Source of the DNA: Sphaerodactylus townsendi
Lineage: Eukaryota
Length of the DNA: 64,000 nt
Direction of reading: 5' to 3'
NCBI RefSeq assembly: GCF_021028975.2
Contig: NC_059427.1
Coordinates: 156,116,001 to 156,180,000 of the forward strand
Below, piece after piece: positions 1 through 12,866 of this stretch. The notes under the pieces were generated by a model. The model saw only the letters and a program-made list of their open reading frames with translations. It had not been told where the DNA came from and did not search any database. The position numbers were made by a program, and so were the translations under genes. Position 1 is the first letter of the stretch; the number at the start of each line of letters is the position of its first letter.

Positions 1-1656
1 CTCCATTTAAATCGTGACGCGCAAGGAACTCTTCTGTCGCACCTGGGAAAGGGGTTTCTCGCTCTCTCTTTAAATAAAAAAGCACTAACCTTAAATAGTC
101 ACAGATTAACAGGCTTTAGCTTGACGCGGAGTTCGCACACTGAGGGATGCTTCGAGCCAGATGCCGAATTACAGATATAGGTATAGGAAGGGGCATGTGG
201 ACAGTGATTTTAGAATATAAAGGAGCTGCCCCTTTAATGGAAGTAGGAAAGAAAAGTGTTTATTTAATTCACACGTGATTTCTCCCCTTCCTAAACGGCC
301 GGGGAACCAAAGTAGGCATTGAGTCCGAAGCAGGGGAGTAGCCAGCAATATAAAGGAAGCCCGGCTAAATACATTCCGTGGACGTTTCAGGATTCGGATT
401 TTTTGCGCCTCGAAGTGGTTTTTTTGAAAAAGAAGGGAAAAAGAAACTGGTATTCCGATTTTTTTTTTAATGTATCAGAGCTGGTTAGGGGTGGTGGGCG
501 GGTGTCTGGAATTATTTTGTCCGGGTCTTCCCGCAAATCAGTTTTAACTTCTACATGAATATTTACGGTAACTCGCCCGTCAAGTTCTCCAGTGTCAGAA
601 GTGGAGAGCAGCCGAGAGAAATCCTCCCATGTCATCTCCCCCCACCCTCTAAATATATGTGTATGAAGCCCTGCAATTTCTTTCCTCCGCAAAAACCCCG
701 TTCTCCTTTGTTCTCCCGAGCAGACAGGTTCGACTCGTCCCTAAATCCGGATTCCCTTTTAAGGTCCTTTTGCTAGAGCTTAGCGTCCGAGAGGATCTGC
801 TTTCTGCGGAGGACGCCCCCACCAGTTATCTCTCCGACAGAACCAGCCCTTTCGGGGTCTCTCCCCCCCCCATCAGAGCTTTCTAAATAATCGATTAAAT
901 AGAGCTTTAAACCAGTATTAATCGAATACTCATTACCCTTAAATAACAGGTGAGGGAAAGGGGGACCGCTCCCATTTTTCTTTGTTGAAAGAATTCGGCA
1001 AGAGGGCTGGTCCTTTTTCCCCTGTCTCTCTCTTTTAGTCCAGAAGACTTGGCAAACACTGTTTTTGAGTTTTCCTAGACGGAAACAGTAAGTCCTTAAT
1101 TCAAAGCCCGATTGTTGGTTCGCTTTAAAAATAATAATAATAATAATAAACAGAGGGGGGAGAGAGAATAAACCCCCGTTAAAGGTGGAAGGGGTTAGAG
1201 ATATTTTAAAACTCTTCCACCCCGTCATCTGTAAATATGAGTCTGTTGCGGTTAGACTCATTCGTCTCCTTAAAGAGCCTGTAAACTTTATATGACACAA
1301 TATCTAATAGTAATTTATTGGGAGATATTGTAAATTTTCAACTGTTTTAGTTAATAAAGGAGCTAATTAATGAGAAAATTGCTTAATTTTGCCAGCTGTT
1401 GAAGGGACCCTGGACGCGGCTGTGGGGAGTGGGGGGAAGCTGGGTGTCATTTCTTTAAAAAAAGGGGGGGGTACAATGCTTGGGGTTTCTCAGGCCGGTG
1501 CTTAAAGGCCGTTGTTTTATTTTATAAAATGTTTTATGATTTTTTTTGTAAAAAAAAAAAGCTGATAAAAAAACCCGAAAGGCAGAACTTAATGTTTTGT
1601 TTTGTCTCAAATTGCGGAGGGTGGGTGGCACCCTTTTTCCAACGCAAGTTGGCGCC

Positions 1657-1678
1657 CACGTGACCCCCGCGCACCAAT
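1657..1678 (+). promoter_or_regulatory. HOXC12 proximal promoter: E-box (CACGTG) plus CCAAT box
   Basis: CACGTG at 1657-1662 and CCAAT at 1674-1678 (11-nt spacer), about 80-100 bp upstream of the HOXC12 ATG; a typical USF/NF-Y composite arrangement. Confidence 0.6.
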
Positions 1679-1754
1679 CCGGCGGACCTTTAGGTTTAAC
1701 TATGTTTAATGTCAGATAGCAATAAACTAGAAGCTCTCGGTCAGGCCCGCGGAA

Positions 1755-2319
1755 ATGGGCGAACATAATCTCCTTAATCCTGGGTTTGTGGGACCGTTGG
1801 TGAACATCCACACGGGAGACACCTTCTATTTCCCCAATTTCCGAACCTCCGGAGGACAGCTGCCCGGCTTGCCGTCTCTCTCCTACCCAAGAAGGGACAA
1901 TGTCTGTTCTCTGCCCTGGGCTTCCTCCGAACCGTGCAACGGATACCCCCAGCCCTACCTCAGCAGCCCCGTGTCCATTAACCCTTCCTTCGGCCGAGCC
2001 TGCGACCTAGCTAGAGTGGAAGAGAGCAAGTGCTACTATAGGGAGGCGTGCTCCGAGAACAGCCCCCTCAAAAGGGAAGAGCGGGGAAGGGACTCTGCCC
2101 TGATGCCCCTCGAGGCCGGGATCCCCAATGGAATGAGCGGCAATTTCGGCAAATTTGACTACCCGGCGGCCGAGGCGGTGTCCCACGACCCCCCTTCCTG
2201 CCAGTCCTTAGAGTCAGACTCCAGCTCTTCCTTGCTCAATGAAGGGAATAAGGGCGCCGCCAGCGAGCCGTCCACCCTGATCTCCCCTCTCAACCAAGGA
2301 AGCAATCTTTCCGCTGGGG
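1755..2319 (+). CDS. HOXC12: Homeobox protein Hox-C12, coding exon 1
   Basis: N-terminus [30 protein letters not shown] is diagnostic of HOXC12. Donor GGG|GTAAGA after 2319; 565 nt gives phase 1. Confidence 0.97.
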
Positions 2320-3557
2320 GTAAGAACCGTGCGACCACGAACTCTCTCTCTCTTTCGGTGTGTGCATGTGCTGTGTGGACGTGTGGGGGTGGAGGTGTGG
2401 GTCCACAGGGCAGCGAACGGGTGCTTTGCCTCTTCTTGGTGTCTCTTGCCCAGCTAGGAAAGTCTCTGCTCGCGACTCTGGCTGTTATAAATTCCATGAA
2501 ATTAGCAGCCGAGCTGAAGGCGTGCCTATTTGTGCCGAGGCCGCTAGGGGTAGCCCTCAAATGCCTCGCGCTTTATTAGGTGGTGCTGCTTTTAAAAGAA
2601 AAGCCTATAAACATGTAAATATCCCATAAAAAGGAGATCGCGATGGGCCAGATAGACAGATTCCCTGTTCTACTTCTCTCCCTCTCTCTCCCACCCACCC
2701 CTGCTTTCCCTCATTCTAACAAGCCAGCCGTCCAGACGATTTCCCCACACGCACCCCGGCTGCGTGATTGACGCCAGGTTTGCCAAAGGAATGGGACTGG
2801 TATTTGGGGATTTTGCAGCGGTGCGGCTGGAGGAGTCTCGGGGCCTTGGCTTGCTCGGATGGGCGGCGGAAAGACCTAGGGATAGCTTTTTTGAGGAGGC
2901 TGACCCAGACCCTGCAGAATGGACCTCTCAGGTGAAAATCTGGGATGAATGCCTTTGTGGAGAGGATGCCAAGTCCCCCGCAAAAAAACCCCTTTTGCAT
3001 GTATTTCTTTTTCATTCGAGGGAGCAAAACGCGATGGTCTTCACCCCACCCCCAGCCCCCGTGGTTTTCCCCAACAAAAATTGAGCAAACTCTATTTTTG
3101 TAAAAAATATCTCCGCCCAATACTGAGGCGCCAGAAAAAAAAATCCCTACGATACGGTCCCTACTATGTGTCTGCTCTTCTGTAGAGTGAGGCTTCCATG
3201 AACAATCAGATGCTGTCGGTTCCCGTAGATATTGCTTCACCTAACTCGGAGACTCTATGACTGAGGCTGCTTGGTCTATTAAAGTTTCCCGATTTGCTAG
3301 CTCCAGACCTGATTGCCAAGCGATCCTCTAACCTGCTAGCGAATCCCCCCACCCGCCACCACGCTTTGGTCCCGAGCATCTACAGTTTATGCTTTAGGTG
3401 ACATGCTTGATGGGACCTCTAGATCTTGGGACCAAAAAGGCAGATGCAGAGATTCTTCCTCTTGGGGCTGAAGCATGCCATTCTATTGCATATGTGGGGC
3501 GTTATTCAAGAACGAGCAATTCAAAGGAAAGGAGGAAAATAATTATAATTTTTGAAA

Positions 3558-3583
3558 CTCTCTCTCTCTCTCTCTCTCTCTCT
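3558..3583 (+). repeat. (CT)n microsatellite in the HOXC12 intron
   Basis: Pure CT run about 40 bp upstream of the exon 2 acceptor. Confidence 0.9.
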
Positions 3584-3624
3584 TCCCCATGTGTTAAATG
3601 TCCTGTCAATCACATTGTTCATAG

Positions 3625-3863
3625 GTGCACCCTGGTACCCGATGCATACAAGGTCCCGAAAAAAACGAAAACCCTATTCCAAACTGCAGCTAGCGGAGCT
3701 GGAAGGGGAGTTTATGGTCAATGAATTCATTACCCGCCAAAGAAGAAGGGAGCTTTCAGACCGGTTAAACCTGAGCGACCAACAGGTGAAGATCTGGTTC
3801 CAGAACCGGCGAATGAAAAAGAAAAGACTCCTCCTGCGAGAACAAGCCCTGTCTTTCTTTTAA
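3625..3863 (+). CDS. HOXC12: Homeobox protein Hox-C12, coding exon 2 (homeodomain)
   Basis: Acceptor ttcatAG|GT at 3623-3624. Encodes [30 protein letters not shown]...[22 protein letters not shown]. Spliced CDS 804 nt, 267 aa. Confidence 0.97.
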
Positions 3864-6800
3864 AAGTTCCGACCGAGGTCCACCTTGGGTCACCACCGCA
3901 GAGAACTTGGTCAGTTGATGGGCCCCGGGACTTTTTCACCTGACCTGGTCTGATCTAGCCAGTTTAGATGGCTTCTTTCTTTTCTCTCTTCTCCTTAAAA
4001 CAAAGAATCGGTATCCTTTACGAAACATCCAACAGCAGACCTGTATGCGAGCGTGCTTCTGGGTGGGTGGATGCGTGTATGAGAGAGAGGGTGCGTGGGA
4101 AGATCCTTCTCTTCTACTCTGGACCTGTTGGGAAAGTCCCCAATGTGAATACGCAGAGAAATAAGCCCCTCCGTCAATCAGCCGGGGTGTCTATTGTTCA
4201 AGATTGGTCATCGGTGTTCTGAATGTGAAGTTGAGTCCTGCGACAATCCCCCTCCCCCTCTTTATTTTTGGGATTCGCGTTTGTAAGCCTTCCCAGGTAG
4301 TCTGGCCCCTCTGAGCGGCAGGGCTACTAGTCAGCTTCGGTAGGTAGCCCAGAGCTACCCGCGAATAAGGCTCCTTGGGAGCCAAGTGGCTGACCTGGAG
4401 CAGAGGACCGGTTCAGAGCGTCGGGATTTTTCATCCACCGGAGCAAAAGTTTAAGCTTTTGTGGCGCTCGTCCTAAATCAACTGCAACTGTTCTTAACGC
4501 AGAATGGCTCGCCGGTGTTTTATGTGGGCCCGAGTTTATTTTGCAAGGCGAGCGCGGGTGGGAACGAGGTGATAAATATCCGTGAACGTCCAAAGCGTGG
4601 CGTGTGCGTGTGCATGGGTGTGTGTGTGTGTGTATTCATGTATATACATCAGCTGTGTAATGGTAGAGCTGGCTCTATGTAGGAGACCTGCAGATCACGG
4701 TACAGCAAGCCAGGACCAGGACGAGATGTTGGCCCATTCCCTCCGACCTGGGCTCCCTTGCGAGCCAGAACTGTCTTGGACCCGGAGGGGCTGGCTTTCC
4801 AGGAAACACCCCAGGAGAGGCCGCAGATCCCAAATCCCTCGGAGTCCGATAAAACCCAGGCGAGGAAGACATTTGCCCCTGCGCTCAGACAGATTGCTTT
4901 TCAAACCCGAGCTGAGCAGGTCGCCTGCGCGGTTCCTTTTCCACTCCAGCCCTCCCCCCTCCTCCTCCCCGCGCCCCCAAGACTTCCCAACCATTTCAAT
5001 TTGTGCTCTGGTAATGGCTTCACTGAAGGACTATTTGTGCTGCTTATTATACTATTGTGTTTATTGATGATCTATATGGTGGGGGGGTGGCGACGCCGCT
5101 TTTATGCATCAACTATAGTGGCTGCCCCTTGGAGCTCATTAAGTCATTAATAGCTACCCCCCCCCTTCTAAGAGAAAGATCTTCTAACAGTAATGCTTTC
5201 TTTAACGATTGCTGTTTTCGAAATGAAGGAACAGGGACTTCCGCCTCCCCCTCCCCTTTTAACGCTTCTCGTATTTAGTTAGATTTAAGAATAATTAAAT
5301 TCTTTTTATAAAAACAGCGGCTGATAGACCTGAAGAATCAGGAGTGATCCCCGTGCGTGGAGGTCCGTGTGTCTTGCACACCTACTTTATTTTCATCCCT
5401 GATTCTTCATAGGCAGCAGCTGCCGGCTGTGAACATTTATGGGGTGTGTCGCCTTATTTCCCCCCTTACACATCACATTCTACTTCTGGGGATATACGGC
5501 TCAGCCTTCTTCCAGAGACATCCGCACTTTCTCTTCCAGGGCAGGATGGGAGGGAGGGAGGGAGGGGGGGGAGAGAAGGTCCCCTTGTCGATCATCTGTG
5601 TTGTTTGCACACATGGCCCCGTTTCCTGGAGCAAATAACCCTTCGGTTTCCTAAGAGCCTTGCGCCTTCCCGAAAGTTTTCGGTGATCCCACTTCCTCTG
5701 CGGAGGTAGTGGGAGAAAGGTGATGGAGGCGGGGCGAAATAAACGGGGCAGGATGCATTCTCCACCCCCACCCCGTGGTGTGGGGAAACAAACCAGCTTT
5801 ATCAGAGATTCGGTCCCACCGGGGGCTCAAAGGCGGGATCGGGGCCAGAACCGATTCTCGCTCAACTTGGCAGAATCCATCCTTGCGGATATTTTTAAAA
5901 AAATGATTGCAGTTGTTTTGGGGAGGGGCATAGCCCACTGGACCTGCGTCGGGTGAAAGGGGTCGAGAGGTATAGCACTGAATGCGGGCTGCTACTCTCT
6001 CTGCTTCATTCGTTTTATATCGGGGGGGATTAATTTTACGACAAAGGCAACGTTTTCCGGGCAAGTCTCAATTGTCACCACGTGGCTCCGGGGCTCGGCG
6101 TTCATGGTCATGACCGGTGGCAGGAATGCTTCGCTTTCAGAACCAGAGGGGGTGCCGTCTAGCCTTCGCTGTGCCTCCTCCTCGCCTACCTCTCCCCCTC
6201 GCCCCCCCCTCCCGGCAGTCTCTTCTTTTTTAGTTCGGGTTCCTTAGCCGATGTCAACATTCCTTCGCCTTTTTCCACACACACCCCTTCCAGAGGGGCC
6301 CCACCTTCATCCTTCCACAGGAAACCCCCACTCATTTCAAAATAAAGACCCTCCCATAAGTGTCACCCAGATTAGGAAGATTCAACACCCACACACCCCA
6401 AACAGTTTCTTTTTAAGTAACCAATCAACGCTGTGCAATAAATACAAATGTATGTCTATGTGTTTCAGTTAATGTGAGATGAAGCAAAGAGGTTTATGGT
6501 AGGTGAGAGAGAAATTCAGGTGGAGAAAGTCTAACTATTTCTCCGTTACCCACTCCATTGAAGAGAATTTATTTCCAAGTCCCTTGACCATCACCACACT
6601 ATCATGACCCAGCTTTGTATTGTAAAGGGAGGGAAAAAGAAAGACGTTTTCCGTCAGACATAGGACCCTGAGTCGCTGAAGTATGTGTGGTCTGAGGATC
6701 GTGAAGGTACTAGGCAGGGAGTTTGAGGCACCAGATCAGATTTATCAATATTGTGCCCGATGTTTCGTCATGGTCCCCAGCCCCTACAACTGTCGCCTCT

Positions 6801-8214
6801 TCTTAGGAACCGGTGATATGTTACTCACTGGCTGTTCTTTTTTTATATATTTCACTTTATTAAGGTTGCATTTTGAAGGATGTGGTAGTTGGTTTATGGG
6901 GAGTTTATGGGACACTGTCATAACGCGATGTCGAATTTAAATCCGGTCAACTAAGAATTGAGGGGGGGGGAGAGAAAGAGAGACTGTCTTGTTAATATTT
7001 TACCTGCCGAGAACAATTTCTGTCCATAGTGGGGGGAGGGGAGTGTAGAGAGACTGCTACGCTTTGAAATACAACACACAAACCACCAGCAAGAATCTAT
7101 TATCATAATCGAGAATCGTCTCCTTGTCTTGGTACCTGTGCGAGGCTGACGATTCTCTGTTGTCACATCAATGATAGGAAAGGGAGGAAATGATACCTTC
7201 TTTTTTTAAAATAAAAATTGAAATATATGCAATATCCTCTTTCAGATTGCTTTAAAGTATTATTCCGTGTGACTTCTGTTCGTCTTGTGTTAATTCTCTC
7301 AGTGTCTGTGGCTCCGTTCTCTGCTTGGTATGCCCTAGTCTAGTTTCCCCGTCGCTGTTAAATACGCATCGTTCTCAATATAGTCCATATGTAATGTTTC
7401 TTACCTCAAGCTATTATATGTAGGGCCTATGCAACTGTCTGTCATCGCACGTTTCCCCCGGCTTTATATAGTCATGTAAAAAGTTGTTTCACACTAATAA
7501 TGATGACGATAATGATGATGATAAGTTGAATGTATTATGATGTGATTTCTGTTAATAAATAAAATGGTTCAAACCTCTGGTTGGCGATTTACTGCTTAGG
7601 GTGTCAAATTCGGAGGGAACGGCAAGATTCATAAAAGAGCAGGAAACCAAACAAAATAAAATAAGCCGATGAAACCTTCTGAGACAAATAGATCATGTTT
7701 TGCTTTTTTGAAAAATTAAGTGGATGTATAAAATACCTTGTAAAATGGGAGAGAGAGCACCAGAGAACCGTGATGACTATAATTAAAAGATCCCGAGGAA
7801 ATAAGACGAGTAAATTAATCTCAGATTTTAGTGTTTTAATGAGAATATACGTGGTTGTAGCATTAACTGGGACTCAAAGCGGGATGGTCGAGTTCAATAT
7901 AAGCTGACTACTGATTTATATTTTTATTTTTGCCTTCTGAAAGAGAAGAATGATTGGGGTATTTCGTGTAGAAATATATTTAATACTCTTCCCCCCCCCC
8001 TCATTTAAACACACTCACACTCACACATGAAGCTTACACTCATTTAAATACATGTTTTAAATTGCTTGGATCCTATTCAGTTATCTCATATTCTGTTTCT
8101 CCTGTAAATGTGTGTGTGTGTGGGGGGGGGGGGGGGATCTTCTCCCTCTTGGAGAACTCAACCAGGTGACTGCTAAGAGTATCTAATGAATGGCTTCACC
8201 TACATTAGACCTGA

Positions 8215-8215
8215 G

Positions 8216-8270
<55 letters not shown>

Positions 8271-8308
8271 TCCTTCCTTCCTTCCTTCCTTCCTTCCTTC
8301 CTTCCTTC
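8215..8308 (+). repeat. Compound tetranucleotide microsatellite (CCTG)n(CCTT)n
   Basis: About 14 CCTG units followed directly by about 10 CCTT units. Confidence 0.95.
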
Positions 8309-9754
8309 GGAAGATGCAGCGCCTTTGTTCAGCTGTCTGGTCTTCCAATCAACCTTAACGTTTAGAGGAGGCTAAAGTCATATATTAATACACTACACAC
8401 ACGCGCGCACGCGCGCACGCACACATCAAACCTTTTAAAACATCGATAAAAGGAGAGGGAAAGGAGACTCCTCCTAAAGGCAATCCGAGAAACAACAGAT
8501 GCGGATGTAGAATCCTTCCTAGATCCCTGTGTCTAGATGTGAGAGAAGAGGTGCCTCTCTGGATCCGTTCTTCCTCGTTTTCTCTTCACCTGGATTTTAG
8601 AAAAGGTGACTTGTTGATTTGAACTCCTGCACTCGGACAGGACAGGAAAGAAAGCCATTGCACCAACCTAGTCGCTGATGTAAAGCAAAATACTTCCCTC
8701 CCACGTTCCCTCTGCTCCCCCCACCCGCGCAACGCCCTCTTCTGAACAAATGTCATATTGACGCGCAGGAGAAACGCCTGGGATTTGGCTTTCTGCTCTG
8801 TTCTTCAAATCTTATAGGGTTATGGAGCGCCTGAAATATCAGACAGGCAGTCCCTACAGACCCCGGTCGTACCTGGGACTTTCTGTTTGTTTTCAGGCCT
8901 TAAAAATGCAGATATGGAACACTAGTTAGTTACAAAGAATGCTCCAGGCGGTTGTGCTGGAAAGCGAGAGCGCGCAGTCGAATTCGCTACCATCCGTCAT
9001 GAAAACCTAAAGGTTTATTCTACACTCTCAACCCAGCCAGGAATCTTAAAATAGACAGAATGAGAAAAATGAAACTCATAAGAAATTATCTGGTGATAGG
9101 GAAGCGGAGGATGCAATGAGAGGACGGAGTCAGTTCTTGAAATCAAACATTACTTTTATTTTATTTTTCTTCTCAGCCCCCCCCCCCCACTCCACCTCTT
9201 TCAGGCGTCTGTACACTTTATACATCTACTTCTATATTTGGCCATTGACTGTAAATAAAGACTTTTTCTTCATCATCATCTACTTCTATTTGAACATTTA
9301 AATTGTTCCATCCAGGTACTGGATTTAAGCTTAATAGCTTGGGGGGGGGGGGGAGGGGAATCAAGGAATTTCAAGGGAATTTCCGTCCAAGTTTTAAAAG
9401 TTCGATCCTGCAGCTCATTCCCAAGTGTATGAGGTGCACGTGAGCATCGTTTCATTTACCAGCCGGGGAGACCTGGATCCCGCAAATGTTAGAGGAAAGC
9501 TAATTGCATTGATGCCAAAGTCTTCAGATTTCATGACGTCTTTTAAAAGCGGTGGCATTCAGTGTAATTTTAAATAACGTTATGTTCATTTAAGTTCATT
9601 AGAATTAGTGTGTTTCTTTCCATCGTTTAGACTTACGTAAGCATGCCTGGATCCTAACAGTATCTACCATGCTAAGGGCTTCTGCTTCTGTGAGTTAACT
9701 GTGTTTACGGTTACACTTGTCAGGATCCAGCATTAAGAGCTGAATGGGGACTTA

Positions 9755-9836
9755 CAGTACAATTCTAGGCAAAAACGACTCCCATGTAAATCCACGATGT
9801 GGGTTTGATTGAAGCAACTGCGTAGGGATTGCTCTG
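9755..9836. mobile_element. Decayed ~80-bp palindromic MITE with TTA target-site duplication (PIF/Harbinger-Tourist-like)
   Basis: Imperfect terminal inverted repeats CAGTACAATTCT...AGGGATTGCTCTG and a central hairpin AAATCCAC-gat-GTGGGTTT. TTA flanks both sides (9752-9754 and 9837-9839). Confidence 0.55.
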
Positions 9837-9898
9837 TTAACTCCCTAGCGTTCTGGATGAAGGTAAAAGGTGCTTATTTCAAAAGTAAACTGGACTGC

Positions 9899-10049
9899 GG
9901 CCCCTTTCGCACATGCAGAATAATGCACTTTCAATCCACTTTCAATGCACTTTGCAGCTGGATTTTACTGTGCGGAACAGCAACATCCACTTGCAAACAA
10001 TTGTGAAAGTGGATTGAAAGTGCATTATTCTGCATGTGCAGAAGGGGCC
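9899..10049. mobile_element. 151-bp MITE with 46-bp terminal inverted repeats
   Basis: Left arm 9899-9944 (GGCCCCTTTCGCACATGCAGAATAATGCACTTTCAATCCACTTTCA) matches the reverse complement of 10004-10049 at 44/46 positions. Flanks TGC/TGA may be a decayed 3-bp TSD. No coding capacity. Confidence 0.85.
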
Positions 10050-10129
10050 TGAGAGTTGATTGTCCCTGCTTGTACCACAAACCTGTACAAGCTAGCCTGA
10101 ATGGTGTTAGGCTACCTCTAGCCATTATG

Positions 10130-10240
10130 ATTCACTCTCAGCCCTCTCCCATCATACTAGAAACCTGTTGTACAGGGTTGTTGTAAGGGTTGCTGGGATA
10201 ATGTACCTTAAATGCTTTGAACATGCAGAAGTTAAGTACT
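10130..10240 (+). mobile_element. Decayed CORE/MIR-like SINE fragment
   Basis: CACTCTCAGCC...ACAGGGTTGTTGTAAGGG...GATAATGTA...AATGCTTTGAAC resembles the CORE-SINE/MIR consensus 'cagggttgttgtgaggattaaatgagataatg...aaagtgctt' (recalled). Confidence 0.5.
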
Positions 10241-12290
10241 AGGGTGAGAAGCCTGGAACCGGTTTCGCTCCACTCGGTGGGATTTCTAAACAAACATGCT
10301 CTACCCGGCTCTACATCAGTTGTGCTGTCTTCCATGCGAATCAAGTCAGAACTAGAGAATCCCTCTCTGCAGCTATGGGCAGGTGCGGGCGAGAAAACCA
10401 CAACCCTTTTTTAAAAATGGAGGGTCTCCCTTGACTTCAGCAAACGGTGGATTCCAATTCACAGGCGCAGGAGGCGTTCATTTATTGAGAAGAGGGAGCT
10501 GTACATACATCCCTTCGTTTCCGTGTGAGAAGATGGTTACAACCTCAGCCGTGCAAAAGGGTTCATAGGCATGAGAAGGACCCTGGAATGTGGCCAACAG
10601 GTCTGAATTGTATATAGTGGCATAAATTGTGTAGAAAATTGTGCATCTGGTTCACCTTGAAGAGGGAATGCCCGCTTCCAAGAGGGCTTAAACACTCACC
10701 CAAACAGATAAAACTTATTTATTACCAGTGAGCAGCTCGAACAAATTGTTGCTCGCTGTAAAAAGTGCGTCTTGTTACTGGGCTCGCCTCTTCTTTTTAT
10801 ACCGGGGTGTATTTCATAGCTAGGGCTTTAAAATGAATTCATTAGAAGCGGGAAGTATATCTCTCCCCCCCCTTCCCGAATCTCTCCAAGTGCAAAGAAT
10901 AATTCTGCCTTCGGCGGGGAGGGGGAGACCACCCTGTTAAGCTATATTTCAGCGGAGCAAATTATTGCAAAAATAACGGGAAATATGCATCTGTGCAAAC
11001 CCTTATTCAGTCGGACCGAAGATAATTCATAGCGTTTTTAGCATAGTCCAGAAGAGCGGCCAGAACATGTTTTATGCGTTTGCTGGGATTGAGGGAGAGG
11101 GTGGGGGGTTATAGAATTCATGCATAGAAGTTGAACGTGCATTTAATGCCCATTGTTCAGGGCAAAAGGATCTTGCAAGATCGACTGGACAGCACCTAAG
11201 CCAAAGAGATCCCCCCATTTTCCTTGAAAACCGAAATGGTTTTTTTAGGTGGGGGGGCGCCGCTCACCGCCTTCAGGTCAGCTGAAAAAGTCTCATGGCA
11301 AACCACAGAAATTATTTTAAAAATGACGGATGGTTTCCAGGTGGACCCTGAGCAAAGTTTATTCGAAAAAATAAATCTCACTGGATTCAGCAAGGACTTC
11401 CTCCCAAATAAGTGTGCAAAGGGTTTTTTGTTTGTTTGTTTTAAGGATTCTCTTTTCCCAGTATTGCACTCGACAGGTTTATATGGACGGTTACTCTCAA
11501 AGTGGATCACAGCCCTCCCGATCCAGCAAGAAGGAGAAGAAAGCATAGGCTATAACTCTTAACAGTGCGTGCGGGTGTATGTTTAAATGCCTCTTCACGT
11601 AGATAAGCAAATACTCAACCTACATACAGCGACCCGTCTATATTTATGACGCCTCTGCCTATCTGATCCGTCTGTCTCCGAAAGATCCCCCCATCGCTAT
11701 ATCCATCCTGCGATTCGGTAAACTTAGCCCCTGAAATAAATCCCACATAGCTACTGCCTGCGAATTCATAACCGGCTCTATTGGAAAGCGGATAAAACAA
11801 TTGAAATATCGTGCCTCATCCTTCCCAGGCAGACGGGATGTCTTCCTCTGTGACAAATGGTCCCTCGCTTGGGGGTCAGGGAGCGCTGGTCTTGGACTTC
11901 ACCGAGCATCTCTGGCGTAGCTGCCTGTCTGTCTCCCGGATCGCCTTGGCCTTCATCTGGTCCGCGTCTGCAACCCGCTCCACCCCCGGTCCCACCCTCC
12001 CTGCAGACTTTCCCATGTTTTTCCTTGGGTCATTTGGCAATTCCCGAAAGGCTGTGGAGAAAAAAACCAGAAATAAAATAAGACAAAAATAAAGAGCCGC
12101 ATGTAAAGCAGTCCAATTTTTTTTTAAAGAGTAATTTGGTGAGGCATTTGTGACGCTTATTTTCGGGGGAGGGAGAGCCCTTTGTTTAATAACACCAGGA
12201 TCCAGTCCTAAAGTAGAGTCCCAATATAGTAACGGGCAGGATCCCGCTCCCCAAATTCAGCTCCTCAAAGTCTCCTGGATTCCAAAGGAA

Positions 12291-12365
12291 GGGTTAAGCC
12301 GGTGTTTGATACTGGCAAACTGCAGTCAATGGAATTTAAACGTGCTCAACTTCGGCTTGATCCTG
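12291..12365. mobile_element. Decayed short palindromic MITE, same family as 19612-19684
   Basis: GGGTTAAG...CAATGGAATTTAAACGTGCTCAACTTCGGCTTGATC aligns by eye with GGGTTAAG...CAATAGAGCTTAAAAGCGCTTAACTTGGTCAGATC at 19612-19679. Confidence 0.4.
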
Positions 12366-12813
12366 CTGTAAGAATGATGACAACCGATTGAAAAACTGGC
12401 GACAGGAAAAAATGAAGCGGCTGTGAATCTCACCGACGGCAGCAGGAGAAAGATGTTTGTTATGGTAGGGAATGTTCTTATCCAAATCAACAGGACCTAA
12501 AAGGGTGTAATATTTTGCTCCTAATAACAGTAACTGTAATCGTCCAGTTAGATTTTGGGAGACATGGCCTACCTGTTCTTAAGACCGATCCAAAAAGTAT
12601 GGGCATACAAGAGCTAAGGCATCTTGCTGTATGATGCAACCTGGAAAACGAGCGACTTGTGACTATTCCTTCTGGTATTGGGGCAATTTTCCTCTTTGCT
12701 CCTTCATCCCAAGTGCACTTCTTTGGGAAACCAGGATTACATAAACAGCAGCCAAGTACCATTGCTTAGGGGCCTTTTCCATTAGTAGATCTTTAAAAGC
12801 TCCCCACTATTTT

Positions 12814-12866
12814 GGCCCTGATCCTAAAACAGACCTTGTGAATGAATCTTGGTTAGGAGCAGGGTC
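12814..12866. repeat. Short inverted repeat / internally deleted MITE
   Basis: GGCCCTGATCCTAA (12814-12827) versus TTAGGAGCAGGGTC (12853-12866): 12/14 complementary. Confidence 0.45.

Noticed and set aside
2320-2579. C-terminal part of the 274-aa ORF 1755-2579
   Set aside because: Read-through into the HOXC12 intron past the GT donor. The same applies to the ORF tails after 41610 and 57457 and the ORF heads before 3625, 29309 and 44861.
11462-11472. TATTGCACTCG, resembling the 5' end of miR-92b
   Set aside because: The match stops after 11 nt and there is no hairpin partner arm.
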